Assembly: GCA_963693365.1 (NCBI GenBank)
Contig: CAVNZM010000014.1
Span: forward strand, 4,960,001-5,024,000
Direction of reading: 5' to 3'
Length of the DNA: 64,000 nucleotides
Origin: Amoebidium appalachense
Taxonomy: Eukaryota > Protista > Ichthyosporea
Position numbers and translations under genes: made by a program. Numbering within the stretch: the stretch's first letter is position 1; each line of letters starts with the position of its first letter. Below are positions 63,459-64,000 of this stretch, one piece after another. The notes under the pieces are model-generated. The model saw only the letters and a program-made list of their open reading frames with translations. It did no database searches and had not been told where the DNA came from.

Positions 63459-64000
63459 CTTGTGCATACAATCACCGTAACTTACACAATCGTATTGCGT
63501 GCTCAGTGTAATGTGTAACTTTACCATCCATGTCGATCAATATCAACCTTTCTTACTATGCCGCCTATTAAACAAAAAAACGTGTTCTCTTGGACAAGAT
63601 TTTTATTTTATCCCGTTTTGTTCCCGGAGGTATCCCTAGGGGCCCTCAGGGGGAACTACCGTCTTCCACCCAGCGCCGACAGTACTCTAGCTAGGGTGCT
63701 ACGATGCTAAAATCCTAACTATACGTACACACTTTCCCCAGGGTATCAACACCAGCCACGCCGGTGGGTAGTTCTCTTGGACAAAATGTGGTGCCGAATC
63801 CATTGACCACTAGAAAAATCATTACAATGGCGATTTCTAAGTTGGGCCAATAAGTCGTTTTCATGTTATATCCCCGCCTCTTTCTTACCCCTACTTTTCC
63901 TCCCTCTCCACCTCCCTCCCCCCGACGGCCCCAATAAATTCACAGAAGCCTCATCGTAGCTAACATTCAATGCTTTACCACACACCACCTACCTACAACA

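Overview
Eukaryotic genomic DNA with intron-rich genes. The introns are full of poly-C/poly-G and (CA)/(GT) microsatellites, so nearly all long ORFs in the supplied track (HTHT, CVCV, PPPP) are artefacts. Splicing by hand recovers three + strand genes: (1) a 5'-truncated PITPNM/RdgB-alpha (Nir)-type lipid transfer protein (30 exons, 411-24693; PITP-FFAT-DDHD-LNS2); (2) Ran GTPase (38265-41114); (3) an SNRK-like AMPK-related kinase (12 exons, 44519-53384). Between genes 1 and 2 lie a 3.5 kb compound CA satellite, two related TIR elements, a U1 snRNA gene, and an inverted-repeat element enclosing the 3' half of a non-LTR retrotransposon. The last 10 kb is a diverged direct-repeat array containing a tRNA-headed, LINE-tailed SINE-like chimera. 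The best leads are a microsatellite-based splicing grammar ((CA)n running into the acceptor AG, poly-C after donors), sense-oriented intronic repeats with permuted hammerhead-ribozyme core motifs, and the two chimeric retroelement derivatives. Gene content suggests an opisthokont, possibly a unicellular holozoan (inference only). Homopolymer lengths may partly be sequencing artefacts. No database search was run.
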